Assembly (NCBI GenBank): GCA_900762015.1
Contig: CAAFEX010000038.1
Location: 6,578-70,577 of the forward strand
DNA length: 64,000 nucleotides
Direction: 5' to 3'
Source: an uncultured Collinsella sp.
GTDB lineage: Bacteria > Actinomycetota > Coriobacteriia > Coriobacteriales > Coriobacteriaceae
The notes beneath the pieces were generated by a model. It saw nothing but the letters and a program-made list of their open reading frames with translations. It ran no database searches and was not told the DNA's origin. A program made the translations under genes and the position numbers. Of the stretch, positions 9,439 through 19,700 are shown piece by piece. The number at the start of each line of letters is the position of its first letter. The stretch's first letter is position 1.

Positions 9439-10784
9439 GCGGTGGCGCGGCCGAGCCAGTTGCCGCTGTGGTGGTAGATGGTGAACATCGTGGCGGTGAT
9501 GAGCCAGGTTACGGGGTAAACCAACAGCAGGTGCTCAAGAGACGGATCGAACGGCATAATCGCAAACACCCAGATCACCCTGAGCACGACGGTGCCAAAA
9601 ATCGTGAGCATCATGGGCTGCAAGCTCACACCGGCACCGCGAATAGAGCCCGATGCGTTTTCGATAATGGAGAAGATCGCGTAAAACGGCGCGATAAAAT
9701 GAAGAATCGTCGTGGTGTACGCCGAAATCGAAGCATCGTCGACAAACAGACGCGACAACGGACCCGAGAACACCAACAGCACAGCAGACAGGCCACCAAT
9801 GAGCATAAACGACAGCACGAGCGACGTATGGTAGCCCTTTCGCATGCGCTCGTAGTTGCGCGCGCCAAAGTTCTGTGCCGAGAACGTGGTGATCGAAACG
9901 CCAAGCGCCTCGGTAACCATCCAAACAATGCCATCTAAGCGGCCCGAAAGACCCCACGCCGTGGTGACATCGGCGCCAAACGAGTTGACTGACACCTGAA
10001 TCAAAACGTTGGAAATCGAATACGCAGCAGACTGAAAGCCAAGCGGCAGACCACACGAGATCATGGTCTTGCAAATGCCAGGATCAATGCCGAGTTTGGA
10101 CAGTGAAAGCCGCCACGCACCCGGTGCGCGCATCATGCGAATCACGATCATCGTGGCGTTGGAGCAAATGGTCAGCGCCACCGCGATGCCGCAGCCCAGA
10201 GCCTCCATATGAAACACAGCAACGAAGATGACATCCAACACCGCATTAACAAGGCAGCCGGAAGCGATGATCACAGCAGGCCCGCGCGTGTCGCCCACGG
10301 CGCGCAGCAGTGCCGTTCCCATATTGAGCAGCAGCGCCGCAACCATGGCGGCAAAATAGCAACGAGCATAGGCCACGCCCTCGGCCAATAGTTCATGCGG
10401 CGTGTTCATAAGCACCAGCATGGGCTCAACGAACACTATGCCAAGAATCGAGAAAACGACACCGCCCACCAGTGCGAGCGTCATGGCCGTATGGACCGAA
10501 CGACTCAGTCGCTCATCATCGCGCTGGCCAAAATACTGACCGGTAATGACCGCGCAGCCGGCGCCGACGCCAACGCAAAAACCAATGCAGAGCTCGGTGA
10601 GCACCATCGTGGCTTGAATGCCACCCAGTGCGAGCTTGCCGCCAAACTGACCAACAATATAGGTACCGATAAGCGTGTAGGCCTGCTGAAAAAACGAACT
10701 AAAAAAGATGGGAACGCACAGCGAAAGCAGCTGCTGCCAAATAACACCCTGCGTTACATCGATAGCCGTAGATTTCTTAGCCAC
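9435..10784 (-). CDS. MATE family efflux transporter
   Basis: About 12 hydrophobic segments; GQYFG, RAVGD and QNFGA MATE motifs; GTG start after GGAGG. Confidence 0.9.
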   Translation of the reverse strand: MAKKSTAIDVTQGVIWQQLLSLCVPIFFSSFFQQAYTLIGTYIVGQFGGKLALGGIQATMVLTELCIGFCVGVGAGCAVITGQYFGQRDDERLSRSVHTAMTLALVGGVVFSILGIVFVEPMLVLMNTPHELLAEGVAYARCYFAAMVAALLLNMGTALLRAVGDTRGPAVIIASGCLVNAVLDVIFVAVFHMEALGCGIAVALTICSNATMIVIRMMRAPGAWRLSLSKLGIDPGICKTMISCGLPLGFQSAAYSISNVLIQVSVNSFGADVTTAWGLSGRLDGIVWMVTEALGVSITTFSAQNFGARNYERMRKGYHTSLVLSFMLIGGLSAVLLVFSGPLSRLFVDDASISAYTTTILHFIAPFYAIFSIIENASGSIRGAGVSLQPMMLTIFGTVVLRVIWVFAIMPFDPSLEHLLLVYPVTWLITATMFTIYHHSGNWLGRATA

Positions 10785-10906
10785 ACGTCCTCCCCAAAAG
10801 CGCACGTCAACCGACAAAACAGCTGATAATAGTTACACTCATGACCAGCCTAGCACCAAGCGAAGATTATAGAAACACCCCCGTGGCACGACTCGGTCAC
10901 ACCCGG

Positions 10907-11821
10907 CTAGTGATACAAACCTGGCTGGTAGTGATACTCATTGCTCACGTGCGGGCACAGCTGCCAAAAGGCGACGGCACTCGCCGCGGCCACGTTGAGC
11001 GAATCGACCCCGTGCGCCATCGGAATGCGCACAGCCCGGTCACAGCCCGAGATGGTCTTGGCGCCCAGGCCGGCACCCTCAGTGCCCATAAAGATTGCCA
11101 GGCGGTCAATCTCCTGTAGCGCGGGATCGTCCAGCGACACCGAATCGTCCGTCAGCGCCATGGCGGCACACGAAAAACCGGCATCGTGCAGCGCCGTCAA
11201 CCCGTCATGCGGCCACACGCGCGCCTCACTGCCAATACGCGTCCACGGCACCTGAAACACGGTTCCCATGCTCACGCGGGCCGAGCGACGGTACAGCGGG
11301 TCACAGCAAGTAGGGCTCACCAGAATGCCGTCGACATTGAGTGCGGCGGCCGAGCGGAAAATCGCGCCCACGTTCGTGTGGTCGACAATACCCTCGAGCA
11401 CGCATACGCGCACCGGTCGCTCACCCGCCGTCTCGACGACGCCGCCCAAGAACTCATCAACCGGAATCTGTCGGGGGCGACGGAACGCCGCGAGCGCACC
11501 GCGCGTCACATTGAAGCCCGTCAACTGCTCCATGAGCTCCATGGAGGCCACGAACACAGGAACCGGGCCGGCGCCCTCGCGCACAACCAGGCGCTCAAAC
11601 AGCGGCATCATCTGGTCGAGCCAGCGTTCGCCCAAAAGAAAGCTCACCGGCTCGTATCCGGCGCGCACTGCACGCTCGATGACCTTGGCACTCTCGGCGA
11701 TAAAAATGCCCTTCTGCGGCTCCAGCACGCAGCGAAGCTCACGCTCGGTCAGTCGCACGTAGGCATCGAGCCGCTCGTCCTCGAGCGAATCGATTCGCAG
11801 CACCTCAACTGCATCAGTCAT
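10907..11821 (-). CDS. TrmH/SpoU family RNA methyltransferase
   Basis: DHTNVGAIFRSA, GTEGAGL and IPM..VDSLNVAAA SPOUT motifs. Confidence 0.92.
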   Translation of the reverse strand: MTDAVEVLRIDSLEDERLDAYVRLTERELRCVLEPQKGIFIAESAKVIERAVRAGYEPVSFLLGERWLDQMMPLFERLVVREGAGPVPVFVASMELMEQLTGFNVTRGALAAFRRPRQIPVDEFLGGVVETAGERPVRVCVLEGIVDHTNVGAIFRSAAALNVDGILVSPTCCDPLYRRSARVSMGTVFQVPWTRIGSEARVWPHDGLTALHDAGFSCAAMALTDDSVSLDDPALQEIDRLAIFMGTEGAGLGAKTISGCDRAVRIPMAHGVDSLNVAAASAVAFWQLCPHVSNEYHYQPGLYH

Positions 11822-11930
11822 AGCAGCCTGCCCGCACCTTTCTTTACAGCAGATCTATACCAAACGAGGCGACGCTAAGCGCCGCCCCATGCATTCAAAT
11901 AACCCGATGATACCGTTCACGCCAGACGAT

Positions 11931-12458
11931 TTACGCCTCAACGCGACGATACGTCACGAACTCATAATCGAGACCCTCGTCACCCTCGCCCGCGGCAATC
12001 GTGGCAACACCGCCACGCCTCGCAATCTCCCACGCGGGATCGGCATCCAGATCGGGAAAGTACGTATCCACGTCATGCACGCAATGGTTATGCGTAACCT
12101 CGGCCTCGACGCAATACGGCAAGAACTGTCGATACACCTCGCCGCCGCCGATCACCCACGCAACGGGTTCATCGGCTACCGCGACGAGCGCTTCGTCAAC
12201 GCCATGCACCACGTCGACACCCTCGGCAGCAAAGCTCTCGTCGCGGGTGAGCACGATATTACGGCGATTCTTGAGAGGACGCCCGCCGGGAAAACTCAAC
12301 AGCGTCTTGCGCCCCATAATGACCGGGCAACCCTTGGTGCATACCACAAAATGACGCATGTCGGCACGGTTGGACACGACCATGTCGCCCTCGCACCCAA
12401 TACCCCAGTCATCGCACACGGCGACAATGGCAGAAAGCTTACACGTCATGCGCGTCAC
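11931..12458 (-). CDS. folA: Dihydrofolate reductase
   Basis: IMGRKT, PLKNRRNIVL, IGGGEVY and DTYFP motifs; directly downstream of thyA. Confidence 0.93.
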   Translation of the reverse strand: MTRMTCKLSAIVAVCDDWGIGCEGDMVVSNRADMRHFVVCTKGCPVIMGRKTLLSFPGGRPLKNRRNIVLTRDESFAAEGVDVVHGVDEALVAVADEPVAWVIGGGEVYRQFLPYCVEAEVTHNHCVHDVDTYFPDLDADPAWEIARRGGVATIAAGEGDEGLDYEFVTYRRVEA

Positions 12459-13307
12459 CTACACCGCGATGGGAATGTTCTTGACCTGCGGGCCGTGCTC
12501 GTAGCCCTCCACGATCAGGTCGTCGGTCGTAAACGCATAGAAATCGTGCACGTCGGGGTTCAGCGTTACCTTAGGCGCCGCAAACTGCGGGCGCTCGATA
12601 AGCTCACGGACGATATTGACATGACGGTCGTAAATGTGGGCATCGGCAATCACATGCAGCAGCTCACCGGGGATCATATCGACCGACTGCGCGACCATCA
12701 TCAGCAAGATGGCGTACTGACAAACGTTCCAGTTGTTCGCGGCCAAAATGTCCTGGCTGCGCTGGTTGAGAATCATGTTGAGTGTGGGCTTATCGTCCTG
12801 CGGGCGCTGCGTGACGCTATAGGTCACGCTGTAGGCGCACGGATACAGGTGCATCTCGGACAGGTCGCTAAACACATAGGTGTTCGTCATAATGCGGCGG
12901 CTGTACGGCGTGTGCTTAAGATCGTACAGCACGCGGTCCATCTGGTCGAAATCGCCCTCGGCATAATGGCTCTTCTGGCCAATCTGATACCCGTAGGCCT
13001 TGCCGATGGAGCCGGTCTCGTCGGCCCACTCGTCCCAAATATGGCTGTTGAGGTCATGGACGTTATTGGACTTCTTTTGATAGATCCACAGAATCTCGTC
13101 CATCGCAGACTTAAGCGCCGTGCGGCGCAGGGTAAGCGCGGGGAACTCCTCGCGCAGGTCGTAGCGCGCCGTGACGCCAAAGTTTTTTATGGTATAGGCA
13201 GGGGTGCCATCCTCCCACACCGGACGGACCTTTTGGCCCTCGGTGGTGGTGCCATGGTCCAGAATATCGCGGCACATGGTTACAAACTGTTGATCAGCCT
13301 TGCTCAT
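12459..13307 (-). CDS. thyA: Thymidylate synthase
   Basis: IWDEW, SRRIM, catalytic PCAY, QRSQD and DAHIY motifs; ATG at 13307 after AGGAGG (longer ORF call is an over-extension). Confidence 0.96.
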   Translation of the reverse strand: MSKADQQFVTMCRDILDHGTTTEGQKVRPVWEDGTPAYTIKNFGVTARYDLREEFPALTLRRTALKSAMDEILWIYQKKSNNVHDLNSHIWDEWADETGSIGKAYGYQIGQKSHYAEGDFDQMDRVLYDLKHTPYSRRIMTNTYVFSDLSEMHLYPCAYSVTYSVTQRPQDDKPTLNMILNQRSQDILAANNWNVCQYAILLMMVAQSVDMIPGELLHVIADAHIYDRHVNIVRELIERPQFAAPKVTLNPDVHDFYAFTTDDLIVEGYEHGPQVKNIPIAV

Positions 13308-13390
13308 TGACCCTCCTGTCAGTCGCCTACAAGCGAGATTCATTGTAGCCCAGGCGCACGCAGCCCCACAGCCCAAACATAAGCCCTCAT

Positions 13391-13459
13391 TTTCTGACAT
13401 ATGCCAGAAATTCATTGCGCAAATCTGAACGTTCGCTATTCTATTGTTGACATATGTCA
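13391..13459 (+). promoter_or_regulatory. Two palindromic TGRCATATGYCA boxes flanking a putative promoter
   Basis: TTTCTGACATATGCCAGAAA (13391-13410) and TGACATATGTCA (13448-13459) around TTGCGC..TATTCT. Confidence 0.6.
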
Positions 13460-13473
13460 GATAAGGAGTGCAC

Positions 13474-14238
13474 ATGGCAGGAAGACGCGAGAAACTGCGC
13501 CGCGTCGGGATCATCCCCGAATATCGCGGTTTTACCCCCGATGGCCTGGCGAGCGGCGATGCCATCGATATGACAGTCGACGAGCTCGAAGTGCTGCGCC
13601 TGTGCGATTTGGAAGGCCTTAACCAAGAGGCAGTCGCCCAGCACATGGGCATTGCCCGCGCCACGGTGGCGGCAATCTGCAGCCGCGCGCATCGCAAGGT
13701 GGCAAACGCGCTGGTCAATGGACGGGCGATCGTCATCGAAGGTGGCAACATCGCGTACTCCCCCATCACCACGACAACGGCCGCATGGCCAGCAAAGGAG
13801 GTCGACACCGTGAGGGTGGCAACGACGTACGACAACGGCAACATCTTTATGCACTTTGGCCGCAGCGAACAGTTCAAGATCTACGACATCCAGGATGGCA
13901 AGGTGCTCAACGAGCAGGTCGTGGGCACCGGCGGCACTGGTCACGGTGCATTGGCGGGTCTGCTTGCCAACAGTGACGTTGACACGCTCATCTGCGGCGG
14001 TATCGGCGGCGGCGCCATCAACGCACTTGCCCAGGCCGGCATCACGGTCTATGCAGGCGCCCAGGGCAGCTGCGACGCCTGCGTCGAGGCACTCATTGCC
14101 GGCACGCTCGCACAGACCGGCGAGGCCACCTGCGACTGTCATGGTCACGACCACGAGCACACCCACGAGCATGGCGAATCCTGCGGCTGCCATGACCATC
14201 ACGACCACGAAGGCCACGAGGGCTGCGGCTGCCACTAA
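13474..14238 (+). CDS. DUF134 HTH protein fused to a NifB/NifX (FeMo-co biosynthesis-like) domain with a His/Cys-rich tail
   Basis: DELEVLRLCDLEGLNQEAVAQHMGIARAT (DUF134); HFGRSEQF and ICGGIG (NifX-like); C-terminal HDHEHTHEH..CGCH. Confidence 0.88.
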   Translation: MAGRREKLRRVGIIPEYRGFTPDGLASGDAIDMTVDELEVLRLCDLEGLNQEAVAQHMGIARATVAAICSRAHRKVANALVNGRAIVIEGGNIAYSPITTTTAAWPAKEVDTVRVATTYDNGNIFMHFGRSEQFKIYDIQDGKVLNEQVVGTGGTGHGALAGLLANSDVDTLICGGIGGGAINALAQAGITVYAGAQGSCDACVEALIAGTLAQTGEATCDCHGHDHEHTHEHGESCGCHDHHDHEGHEGCGCH

Positions 14239-14299
14239 CGGCACGGCACCGCGAACTCGGGGCGCGACACTGAACGCAACCCGACAATCAAAGCCAACA

Positions 14300-14335
14300 G
14301 CAAAGGCCACCCGGTAGCTACCGAGTGGCCTTTGC
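14300..14335. terminator. Hairpin/terminator between convergent DUF134 gene and ffh
   Basis: GCAAAGGCCAC/GTGGCCTTTGC inverted repeat. Confidence 0.65.
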
Positions 14336-14358
14336 CATATCAAGCTGGAATTACAGCA

Positions 14359-15834
14359 CTATTTCTTATTACGCATCTGCGCTTCCATCTGGCGCAGCAG
14401 GTCCATATCGGACTTGGGGCCGCCCGTTCCCAGGCCGCCCATGCCGCCCAGGCCCATGGCATCCAGACCGGGAATATTGGGCATGCGCATCTTTTTGCCC
14501 TTTTTGCCCTTCTTGCCCTTCTTGCCGCCGGTCTGTGCCTGATTGGCCATCGTGCGCATGCGGCCCATCATCTTGTTCATCTCTCCCCACTGCTTCATAA
14601 GGCTATTGACCTCGGTGGGGGTCACACCAGCGCCCTTGGCAATGCGGGCACGGCGCTGACCGTTGATGATGGAAGGACGCAGGCGCTCCTCCTTGGTCAT
14701 CGACATGATAATGGCCTCGTTCTTATCGAAGATGCCCTCGTCCAGGTTGCCACCCATCTGGTTGAGCGCACGCTGGCCGCCGGGGAGCATGCCCAGGATG
14801 CCCTTCATGCCGCCCATCTTCTTGACGGCCCTCATCTGGTCGAGCATGTCGTTCATGGTAAAGCCCTCGCGCAGCATACGCTCGGCAGCCTCGAGCTGCT
14901 CGGCGTCGGCCGCCTCCTGGGCCTTCTCGATGATGCCGACAACATCGCCCATGCCCAAGATTCGCTTGGCCATGCGGTCGGGGTAGAAGGGCTCCAGTGA
15001 ATCGGGTTTCTCGCCCATGCTGACGAACTTAATGGGCTTACCGGTCACCTGGCGCACAGATAGCGCGCCGCCGCCACGAGCGTCACCGTCGAGCTTGGAG
15101 ATGATCACGCCGTCAAAGTCGGTGCGCTCGGCGAAGGTCGAGACAACGTTGACGATATCCTGGCCGGTCATGGCATCGACGACCATCAGCACCTGATCGG
15201 GTTTAACGGCCTTCTTGATGTCCACGGCTTCCTGCATCATCTGCTCGTCGATCTGCAAACGACCGGCGGTATCGACGATGACCACGTCACGCAGGTGGTC
15301 GACGGCCTCCTGAATGGCGCCCTTGGCGATATCGACCGGGTGCTCACCATCGCCACGGAAGACTGGTACGCCGATCTCTCCACCGAGTGTGGCCAACTGG
15401 TCGGCAGCGGCAGGACGGTAGACGTCGCACGCGGCGAGCAGCGGCGAGCGGCCCTGCTTCTTGAGCAGGTAGGCCAGCTTTACGGCCGCCGTAGTCTTAC
15501 CGGAGCCCTGCAGGCCCACGAGCATGATGACATTGGGAATGCGGTTACTAAAGACGAGCTTGCTCTCGGTGGAGCCGAGCATCTCGGTGAGCTCGTCGAG
15601 CACGATCTTGACGACGTTTTGCGCCGGCGACAGCGACTCCATGACCTCGGCGGTCATGCAGCGCTCCTTGGTCTTGGCGACGAACTCCTTGACGACCTTG
15701 AAGTTGACGTCGGCCTCGAGCAGCGCCATGCGAATGTCGCGCATGGCCGAGGTGATATCGGCCTCGGTCAGCTTGCCCTTGCCGCGCAGGCGGTCAAATG
15801 TGTCGTTGAGGCGATCGCTCAGGGAATCAAACAC
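14359..15834 (-). CDS. ffh: Signal recognition particle protein
   Basis: GLQGSGKTT, DTAGR, KLDGDARGG and Met-rich M domain. Confidence 0.98.
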   Translation of the reverse strand: MFDSLSDRLNDTFDRLRGKGKLTEADITSAMRDIRMALLEADVNFKVVKEFVAKTKERCMTAEVMESLSPAQNVVKIVLDELTEMLGSTESKLVFSNRIPNVIMLVGLQGSGKTTAAVKLAYLLKKQGRSPLLAACDVYRPAAADQLATLGGEIGVPVFRGDGEHPVDIAKGAIQEAVDHLRDVVIVDTAGRLQIDEQMMQEAVDIKKAVKPDQVLMVVDAMTGQDIVNVVSTFAERTDFDGVIISKLDGDARGGGALSVRQVTGKPIKFVSMGEKPDSLEPFYPDRMAKRILGMGDVVGIIEKAQEAADAEQLEAAERMLREGFTMNDMLDQMRAVKKMGGMKGILGMLPGGQRALNQMGGNLDEGIFDKNEAIIMSMTKEERLRPSIINGQRRARIAKGAGVTPTEVNSLMKQWGEMNKMMGRMRTMANQAQTGGKKGKKGKKGKKMRMPNIPGLDAMGLGGMGGLGTGGPKSDMDLLRQMEAQMRNKK

Positions 15835-15844
15835 TAGTCACTCC

Positions 15845-16762
15845 TTAATTGGACTCGCCCACCAGGGCGCGGCAGAAATCTTTGGCATTGAACTCCTGCA
15901 GATCATCGACCTGCTCGCCCACGCCCACGCGCAGGATCGGGAGCTTGAGCTTCTCGGCCACGGCCATGGCGATACCGCCCTTAGCCGTGCCGTCGAGCTT
16001 AGTCATGATAATACCGTCCAGGCCCAGTGCCTCGTTAAACTCGAGCGCCTGGTTCAGACCGTTCTGGCCGGTGGCGGCATCGATCACGAGCACGACTGAG
16101 ACGGGCATGGGGCCGGCGGCCATATTGGCGGCGCGCTTACGCGTCACGTTAACCACCTTGGCAAGCTCGCGCATGAGCTCGGGGCTCGTGTGCAGACGAC
16201 CGGCAGTGTCGATCAGCACCAGGTCGCTGCCGCGCTTGTCGGCCTCGTCGAGCACGTCGTAGCAAACACTTGCCGGGTCGGAGCCGCGGTCGCGCTTGAT
16301 GACGGGGACGCCAGCACGCTGGCCCCACACATCGAGCTGCTCGATGGCGGCGGCGCGGAACGTATCGGCAGAGCCGATCACGACGTTCTTGCCGCGGGCG
16401 GCCATGGCGCTCGCGATCTTACCGACCGTCGTGGTCTTGCCGGCACCGTTAATGCCCACAAACAGCACGCAGCTCGGCGTATCGGAGAACGGATCGCGCT
16501 CGATGGGCACAAAGTGCTGCTCAAGCTGCTCGGCCAGGGCGCGACGGAGTTGCGGGGCGGTCTTGAGGTTCTTCTTGGCCGCGGCATCGCGCAGGTCATC
16601 GGACACCTTGATCGCGACCTCGGCACCCATGTCACCCATGACGAGAGTGTCCTCTAGGTCCTCCCAAAAATCCTCGTCGACCTCGCCGCCAAAGTAAAAG
16701 ACCTCGTTGAGGGCCTCGCGACTGCGCTCAAGTCCGCGCGAGAGAGCGTCAAAGAATCCCAT
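15845..16762 (-). CDS. ftsY: SRP receptor FtsY
   Basis: GINGAGKTTT, DTFRAAA, DTAGR, TKLDGTAKGG. Confidence 0.97.
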   Translation of the reverse strand: MGFFDALSRGLERSREALNEVFYFGGEVDEDFWEDLEDTLVMGDMGAEVAIKVSDDLRDAAAKKNLKTAPQLRRALAEQLEQHFVPIERDPFSDTPSCVLFVGINGAGKTTTVGKIASAMAARGKNVVIGSADTFRAAAIEQLDVWGQRAGVPVIKRDRGSDPASVCYDVLDEADKRGSDLVLIDTAGRLHTSPELMRELAKVVNVTRKRAANMAAGPMPVSVVLVIDAATGQNGLNQALEFNEALGLDGIIMTKLDGTAKGGIAMAVAEKLKLPILRVGVGEQVDDLQEFNAKDFCRALVGESN

Positions 16763-19700
16763 TATGCATTCACGACCTTTCCGGTTTCGCGATCGAGTTT
16801 TTGCGAGACGACGCGACTGACGCCGTCGGCTTGCATCGAGACGCCATAGAGGACGTCAGCGTCCTCCATAGTACGGCGCTGATGCGAGATAACCAAGAGC
16901 TGCGTATCGGAACGCAGTACATCAAGGGCACCAATGAGCTTGGACAGGTTGGCGTCATCGAGCGCCGCCTCGACCTCGTCCAGCACATAGAACGGCACCG
17001 TGCGCGTGCGGTACACGGCAAAGAGAAGGGCGAGCGCCGTCAGGCTCTTCTCGCCGCCCGACATGAGCATCATCTTGGTGATGCGCTTGCCGCGCGGCTG
17101 CGCCACGACCTCGATACCCGTCTCGGCAGGATGCTCGGGATCGGTCATCTCCAGATGAGCCTGACCGCCCGGGAAGAGCATAGCGAAGATCTCGCGGAAG
17201 TTCGCGTCGACCTTCTCAAACGTCACCAGGAAGGCCTTCCGCATCTTGCGATCAATGGCCACCGTGATCTTGGTGAGCGCCTTGCGCGCGCTCTCCAGAT
17301 CGGCCAGCTGCTCCTCGATGTAGTCGGCGCGGCGCTTGAGCTGCTCGTACTCCTCCATGGCAACTTGGTTAACGGGACCAAGGTTGTTGATCTGGCGCAC
17401 AAGCTGGTTGAGTTCGCGCTCGGCGGCATCGCGGTCCGTGGGCGCCGGAAGCATGAGCGCTTCCTCGAGTACCGTGGTGCCATCGGCGGTAATGGCCTTA
17501 ATGGCGGCCTCTACCTGCACCTCGAGCTTACCACGCGCGACCTTGAACTCGTTTTGCGTGGCGGAAGCGGTATCGACTCGCTCCTTAGCGCGGGCAACCT
17601 CTGCCTTGGCATCCTCGATGGTCTTCTTGAGCGAAGCGGAGTCCGCCTCCTCGAGCGAAGCCTGGTCACGCAGACGCGCAGCCCAATCCGAGGCACGCTC
17701 CAGCAGGGCCGAATAGCGCTCGTGCATGGGGTCGACGCGCAGGCGCAGCAGCTCGAGCGAGCGCGAGGCCTGGCGTGTTCCGCGGATACGACGGTCGATG
17801 CCCTCAAGACGATGCTCCAGGTCGGGCACGCGGCCCTTCAGCGAACGCAGGCGTTCGCTCGTCTGGGCAAGGCGAACCTTGGCGTCGGCGAGCTTGCCGG
17901 CAGCCTCGGAATCGTCACGGCGAACGCGGTCGAGTTCGTCGTTAGCCTCGGCAATCTGCAAGCCCAGATCGCTTGCCTGCGCGCGGGCCTCATCACGCGA
18001 ACGGGTGAGCTCATCAACCCGCGGACGCGCAGCGCGAACGGCTTCGGAGGCCTGCTCGCGACGCTTGGAGATGCGCACGCGCTCGACCTCGGCATTGTTG
18101 GCGCTTTGCTCCAAGCGGCCGATCTCGGAGAGCAGCGAGCGGCGCTCGCCCTCAAGACGGGCGATCTCGCCGGCGGCATCGCCCTCAGCGGCACGCGCTT
18201 CCTCAACGGCCGCATTGGCCTCGACGACCTGATCCGACACATGCTCAAACACAGCGGCCAAATCGGGCTCAAGCCCCTCCAGCTCGCGAATGCGACGCTT
18301 ACGCTCCAGAGCACCCGACGCCTCGCCGGCATCGAGGCCCACACGCACCAGGCCGCCACAGCTTACGCGGGCGCCATCGGGAGTCACATAGGTCGCACCG
18401 TCAACGACAGGCGCAGCCAGCGCGGCAGCCAAGTCATCGACCACGTAATAGCCGCCGAGCAGCGCCTCGACGACGGGTCCGTAGCCTGCCCGCACGGACA
18501 GACGATCAACCAGGCGGGTACCGGCAGCGCCCTCGGCGGCAGCAGAGCCGCTCACGCCGCGCGCCACCAGCAGCGCCTCGCCCGAGGCCTTCTTCTGGTC
18601 CAGAGCGGCACGACCGGCACGCTCAAGCGAGGACGTATCGTCAAACAGCAGCGCATCGATATCGCCGGCGAGCAATTGCTCAACCAGGCCCTCAAGCTCG
18701 CGCGGGGCCTCGAGCACGTCGCCCAGACGACCCAAGACATCGTCGCCGAGCGCGCCCACCAGACGGCTCACGAGCGGCGAGCTGTCGGCCATGCGGGCAT
18801 CGAGTTTCTTTTGGCTGGCAAGCTCCGAGCGCACCTCGGAGAGCCTGTTACGCGCTTCACTCTCGCGGGCACGCAGGTCCTTCAGGGCCGCGCGTGCCGC
18901 CTCGGTGGCCTCACGCGCATCGACCTGAGCCTGACGCGACTCCTCAAGGGCGCTCTCAAGCTCCTCGGCGCGGTCGCGACGGCTCTCGAGCGAGGCCGCG
19001 ACCTCCTCGAGCTGCTCGTCAATCTGCTCCAGGCGCGAGGCATACATGTTGTCCTCGACCTCGGCATTGCTCAAGGAATCCTTCACCTTGGCGAGCTCGA
19101 GCGCGGCGTTATCGGCTACGCGCTGCACATCGCGTTGCTCGCGCGTAAGCTGCGAAATCTGATTGTCGAGCGCCACGCGCCGCTCGTGGAGCTCGGCGGC
19201 GGCAGGACCAGCGGCGTCAACGTCCTCCTGGGCCTGCATGTGCGCACCGGTCACTTCCTCAAGCTGCGCACGCGCGTCCTCGAGCTCCTCGACCACGCGA
19301 CGTCGCTGATGCTCGGAGCTCGAAATCTGCCCGCGCATGTCAGACAGACGCGACACCATGTTGTGGCCCTTTTCTTCGAGCAGGCGCATGTCGGAGTTAA
19401 TGCGGCCGACCACATCTTGCATATGACGGCGCTGCTCGCCCAGATCGCCCACAAACAGGCCCTTTTCCTCGAGCATGACCTGAAGCTTCTCGAGCTCGCG
19501 CTCCTTTTCGCCCAAGCGGTACTGCGCAAGCTCCAGCTCGGCGGCACCTTCCTTGGAACGGCTCTCCAGGTCATTCCACTGCGACTGCAGCGAACGCAGC
19601 TCGTCGACGGCTAGCATCTGCGTAAGCTCGTTCGCGCGCGAGGACAGCTCTTTGTACTTGCGCGCGCGATCGACCTGACGCTCCAGCGGCCGCAGCTGAC

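Noticed and set aside
13308..13877. N-terminal extension of the 472-aa thyA ORF
   Set aside because: Overlaps the DUF134 gene on the other strand; the real start is ATG 13307 with an AGGAGG RBS
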